Shown in pieces: positions 59,779 to 64,000 of a stretch of DNA of 64,000 bases. How positions within the stretch are numbered: the stretch's first letter is position 1; every line of letters begins with the position of its first letter. Position numbers and translations under genes: made by a program. The notes below the pieces were generated by a model. That model had not been told where the DNA came from, did not search any database, and worked only from the letters and a program-made list of their open reading frames with translations. The stretch is from Macrostomum lignano (taxonomy: Eukaryota): contig NIVC01000158.1 in the NCBI GenBank assembly GCA_002269645.1, positions 434,001 through 498,000 on the forward strand. Direction: 5' to 3'.

Positions 59779-60515
59779 CAGATTCGGCTGGCTTCACAGA
59801 CAATGAGCGGTCTGAGCACATTATAATCAACCCCCCACACTGTTTATAAGTAAGCTACTTCAGCATTTTTGTGTCTGACTAAATTTAGTTGTGCGTTTTC
59901 TCTTGTTGTTTTTTTACAAACGAATGCGTGACGAGCTTTCATGTACTGTTATGATAGAATTAGAAATGCTTCGATTTGAAAAATTGGATTTTATAGTCGA
60001 GTATAAATCTCAGGGTTTTTTGAGATTTCACATTGCAACGTGCAGCAGGGGCGTGGCCACCGGGGGGGGAGGACAGGGGAGACATGCCAGTGCTTTGACC
60101 TTGTGACGCGGCCGTTGTGGAAATAAAAAACTTTTCTCCAGGGCGCCAAAATATAGCGCCTTCAGAGCCAAAATGAGTGGCTGCGGCGCCAAAATGATGA
60201 GCGCTGACAACACCCGATTCTCAAAATAATGGACATGTAGGAATCTAGTCATGTATATGTACATGCCTTATTCTAATTGGCTTTATCCCCCGCCTTAAAA
60301 TCCATGGCGACGCCCCCTGACGTTATTTCTGATCGCACCTGTCTGCCCAGAAACAATTGACTTCATGTAAAGATCAATAAGCACATTTAAATGTAATTAG
60401 TTAATAGCCGAACTACATTAGAAACTCGATCTCTTTCCGAGATCCTCAAACTGACTCTGCTGAAAAGTTTTTATTATTATTATTTCGACGTAAGCGCGTA
60501 CAATGGATTGCCGGC

Positions 60516-60818
60516 TCAGATCTTGATGCAGCTGATCAGCTTGATAGCGTTGCCGCCGCAGTTGGTGGCAAAGCAGTTGGCCATGCGAACTGGGTCGAAG
60601 CCGTTGGACAGCGCACAGCCGTATATGCTGTTGATGATGCAGCTGAGCGAGCTGATGCCGGCCTGACGGATGCACTCCATGTCGACGCTGATGAAGGGCA
60701 TGACCTCTTGGATGAGATCGTTGATGACTTCGTCCTGCTGTTGGACAGTGTAGGCGGCTGATGCGGCCGACGCCATGGCTAGGACAGCCAGCAGGTAGCT
60801 CAGAAGCTTCGTGTACAT
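60516..60818 (-). CDS. Small secreted Cys-rich protein, 100 aa
   Basis: Signal-like MYTKLLSYLLAVLAMASAASA, an acidic linker and six Cys (49, 60, 68, 82, 87, 97). Codon usage is GC3-rich like the host genes, and TATAAAA lies at 60913-60907. Confidence 0.75.
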   Translation of the reverse strand: MYTKLLSYLLAVLAMASAASAAYTVQQQDEVINDLIQEVMPFISVDMECIRQAGISSLSCIINSIYGCALSNGFDPVRMANCFATNCGGNAIKLISCIKI

Positions 60819-61508
60819 TCTTGATTTTGCAAATATATATCGGTGCGGAAGTTGCAGAACTGTGGAATTCTGTTTTCGGAACTTACATGTATCGGCCCGC
60901 ATTGGATTTTATATGTAGAGTGGCAGAGGAGAATGGCGCCATGGAGCTGCAGCTGACGAAATTCTCGGCTCCCATGGAAATTTAGCATGCACAATTAACT
61001 GGACAGAAAGCAATTATTGCCTCATTTTGTGCTGTTGCTAAAGGGCAAACTGCATGTTTCTTAATTGTCCATTGTGACTTAATGTATAGATCTTGGGTGG
61101 CAGCAGAATACTAAACAGTAAAAAACTTGGGCTCTGGTCCGCGATGAGAACTTAACACACGTTGCAGGAAAAAATAGCTGGCTGGTCGAGTGATTTCAAA
61201 GCAGATTTCGCGGCAGTGTAAAAGAGATAACCTCAAACTCAAATGAGTCCGCTTCCCACGATCACATCTGGTTAATTGTTGCCGGGTGTAATTGGGAATT
61301 GCGTGCCGTTTCGCTTGACTTAACGAAGTAGAATTATCCATCGAGAAATGCTATGCGTCTTTATTAAACTGGCTAAAATAACAGAGATCCATGAATAAAT
61401 GAAATGTGAAATATTGCATGTACATAAATTTAGTGAAAAGTTGTACACATCAAGAAGAGTTTGCATATGCAGATTTATGTTGTAGTCATATAGGCATATA
61501 TAACATTG

Positions 61509-63133
61509 TGACGTAACCACGCTCTGGTCGCGGGATAGGGCATGGGAACTTTTTCGAAGGTGCCTCCTATCCCGTGCACCTCCCCTGCGCAGAGCTGTCG
61601 AGACTCGGTCAGGTCTCCGGCCAGGCCTGGAGAGACTCCCGCTCTGCTGCACCCTCCTGCTGCCTTGGCTCCGTCTCCCCTGCCGCCACACCTGCCTTTA
61701 CGCAGCTCCCTATCCCTCTCTGTACCTCCCCCTCTACCTTATCTCCCCTGCGCTCCACCCTAGTCTTCTTGTACTTTCCCCATCCCCCTCTTTTTGTCTC
61801 TCTCTGCACTATTTTCCTGCGCTGTCCCCTCTTTCTCTGCGTCTACTTACAGTATGTTGTGCTCACCGACCTCCCATCCCTTCCCAAACTCCCAAACGGT
61901 GACGCAAGTCGTGTGACCCCTTCTTCCCCTCGATGACTCATCGATGACTCATCCCCTCTCTTGCGCAACCTTTTCTCATGCTATTGTTCTCCTCCCCAAA
62001 TTTCTCATGCGACACCCACCCCACCTCCGCTTCTATTGTTCTCGTTTTTGATTCTTTTGTTCTCTTTACCCCCACCAATTATCACATTTTCTCCGATTTT
62101 CTCTTTCTATTGTTCTCGTTTTCGCACCTAATTATCACCTTTTCTCCAATGTCCTCTCTCTCTCTCTCTGTGCAGCTGCCTGTAAGTTCCTGTTACTGAT
62201 TTGTGCTCTAATTGCCTTTGCTTATCCGGAGTTTGCCTATTTTTCCATTGTCTGATTCGAGGGCTGAGCCAGTTGTGATACCGTACCTTTTGCTGTATTT
62301 TTACTCAATAGTGAAGCCGCCTAATTGCCTGATTATTTGCCTAAGGGCCTAATTATTAACTATTAACTAACCTCATCATTATTCACTCTTTCACCATCAT
62401 TTCACCCATGGCTTGCTAAGCCTTTCTCCCGGGGTTGCAAAGCATAAGGAAGTTTGGGTAAGCTAATGGCCTCTCCCCGTGCAAAGCTCGCCTGTGAGTG
62501 CGTGCTGCGGGGCCGCGTGTGCGTGCAGTAGAGGGATTAGCGAGTCTTGGCACAGAATGGCAGCAGGAAGGTTGCAACCCCATGCTGACGCGTCCCTTCG
62601 CCTTGAGCAATCTAAACTAGAGACAGTACATGTTCGCCTCATACTACTCTTAGTAATCAAAGTCGCAAGTCCGCCTCGCTCACAGCCACAAAGGATCCCC
62701 TGCTGAGAAATCCTCCAGATTGAGCCCAGAGTTCCCGATCATGCCCCCAAGCAGAGTCCCTGTACTCGGCTGCATGTGTCTCCCCTGTTAGCCTAAATCT
62801 CCTGGTAACCATCCCAGGCGGGGCTCTAGCCTCGAGAGGTCTGGTAGAAAGATCCAGGTGCGCCAGGTCACATAGAGTGGTGGCAGCCACTCGGTCATAC
62901 TATGACCGAGTGACCAACTATTGCACCTTGGCTACAGGTGGGGTCCATGTGGGTCTTTGGCCCTCTGGTCACAAAGCGCTACCAATTAAGCTATCAATCA
63001 TGTGGGCGGGACAGTCTGGTGCTGGAGGTCCGTCAGGTCATTGCCCAGTCATAGGCAGCCTACGGTCATTGCCCCCTCTGGTCATGCGTTCGTCTCTCTA
63101 CGGAGCGGACAGGCGACAAGGGCGGTTACATCA
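61509..63133 (+). mobile_element. Solo-LTR-like element (1625 bp), copy 2, internally deleted
   Basis: Reverse-complement homolog of 6055-8271, with termini TGACGTAACC...GGTTACATCA and 4-bp TSD ATTG. It lacks the segment equivalent to 7029-7625. Confidence 0.8.
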
Positions 63134-64000
63134 ATTGATTTATATTGAGTGCAAGGTAAGCTGCGCGCAAATTCCATACAGTAAAATACCAGAGAGAAGT
63201 ATTTGAATTGCCATGTATGAACATGCTACAGAATTTCCAAATCAACCGGCCTAATATATATAAATACAGGCTCGCTCAAGGATAAAGTGTTATGCGTGAT
63301 ATATGTACATTAGGGATCCGGTCCGAGACTTGTACATACTGCAGTACATAAATCTATTTACAAGTACTCTCGTACAAGTTACATATTCCGAACTTGCACA
63401 CGCATGAATTATACCAGTATTTAAGCTGTTGAAAATTAGTTGAATTCAGAATAGCAAATTTGCCTAAAGAGAGCTGGGGGACCTATATCGCTCGTCTTTT
63501 TTCATTTCATAATTAAGTTTTGTGAAATTTAGGTCTTATCGGCACCTTTTAATCTTCAAACGCAAAATAATTAGTAAACTGCTGTTCCTTTTTAAAGTAT
63601 CGTCCGACAAGTTGATATTTGTCAGGGCCATTGTTATACGTATGTTGTAACGTATTGAACTGCATATTTAACATAAAATATTAAATTTTAGTAAAAATAA
63701 GAGATCAAAAAGTTTTTTATTTTGGTTAATGTGCTTACAGCCACAAAAATGCCTTCTTTGATTTAACTATTAAATATTTTTCTGAGAACTTTAGGCACAA
63801 ATTTAACATGATTAAAACGAGCATGGTTTATACCGCCCGATCATCACCAAGTGATATTATTTGATTGATAAGCCTACCCACCCTGCTCTACAACTAGCTA
63901 AGACTTTTTGATTGAGTTGAGTTGAGAAGAAAAAATACTAAAGCTTGTCCGAATTGTTTTTTCTCAAGTATATTTTCTGTAAAAGAGTAAAACATTTACT

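Overview
Eukaryotic, repeat-rich animal genomic DNA with spliceosomal introns. Minisatellites fill many introns; the style resembles the flatworm Macrostomum, but that is an inference only. Genes, left to right: the 5' end of a neuropeptide-precursor paralog (CDS outside the window) and an intact neuropeptide precursor (4038-4277, -); a 4-EF-hand calmodulin-like gene (10133-11749, -); a 3-exon two-TM protein gene (15851-20181, +); a 10-exon synapsin (22914-40107, +) with a 5-exon TIMP nested antisense in its 10-kb intron 5 (30200-34536, -); a kinase-less PAK-PBD-like gene (57567-59072, -); and a small secreted 6-Cys protein (60516-60818, -). Mobile DNA includes two copies of a TG..CA solo-LTR-like element with 4-bp TSDs (6055-8271 and 61509-63133), SINE/MITE remnants, and a very young 13.4-kb Ty3/Gypsy element (42829-56203, -). 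The standout is that Gypsy element: its 1554-aa first ORF fuses Gag in frame to a herpesvirus-gB-like (class III) envelope glycoprotein placed before pol, giving gag-env-pol order. All calls were made by eye from the sequence; no searches were run.
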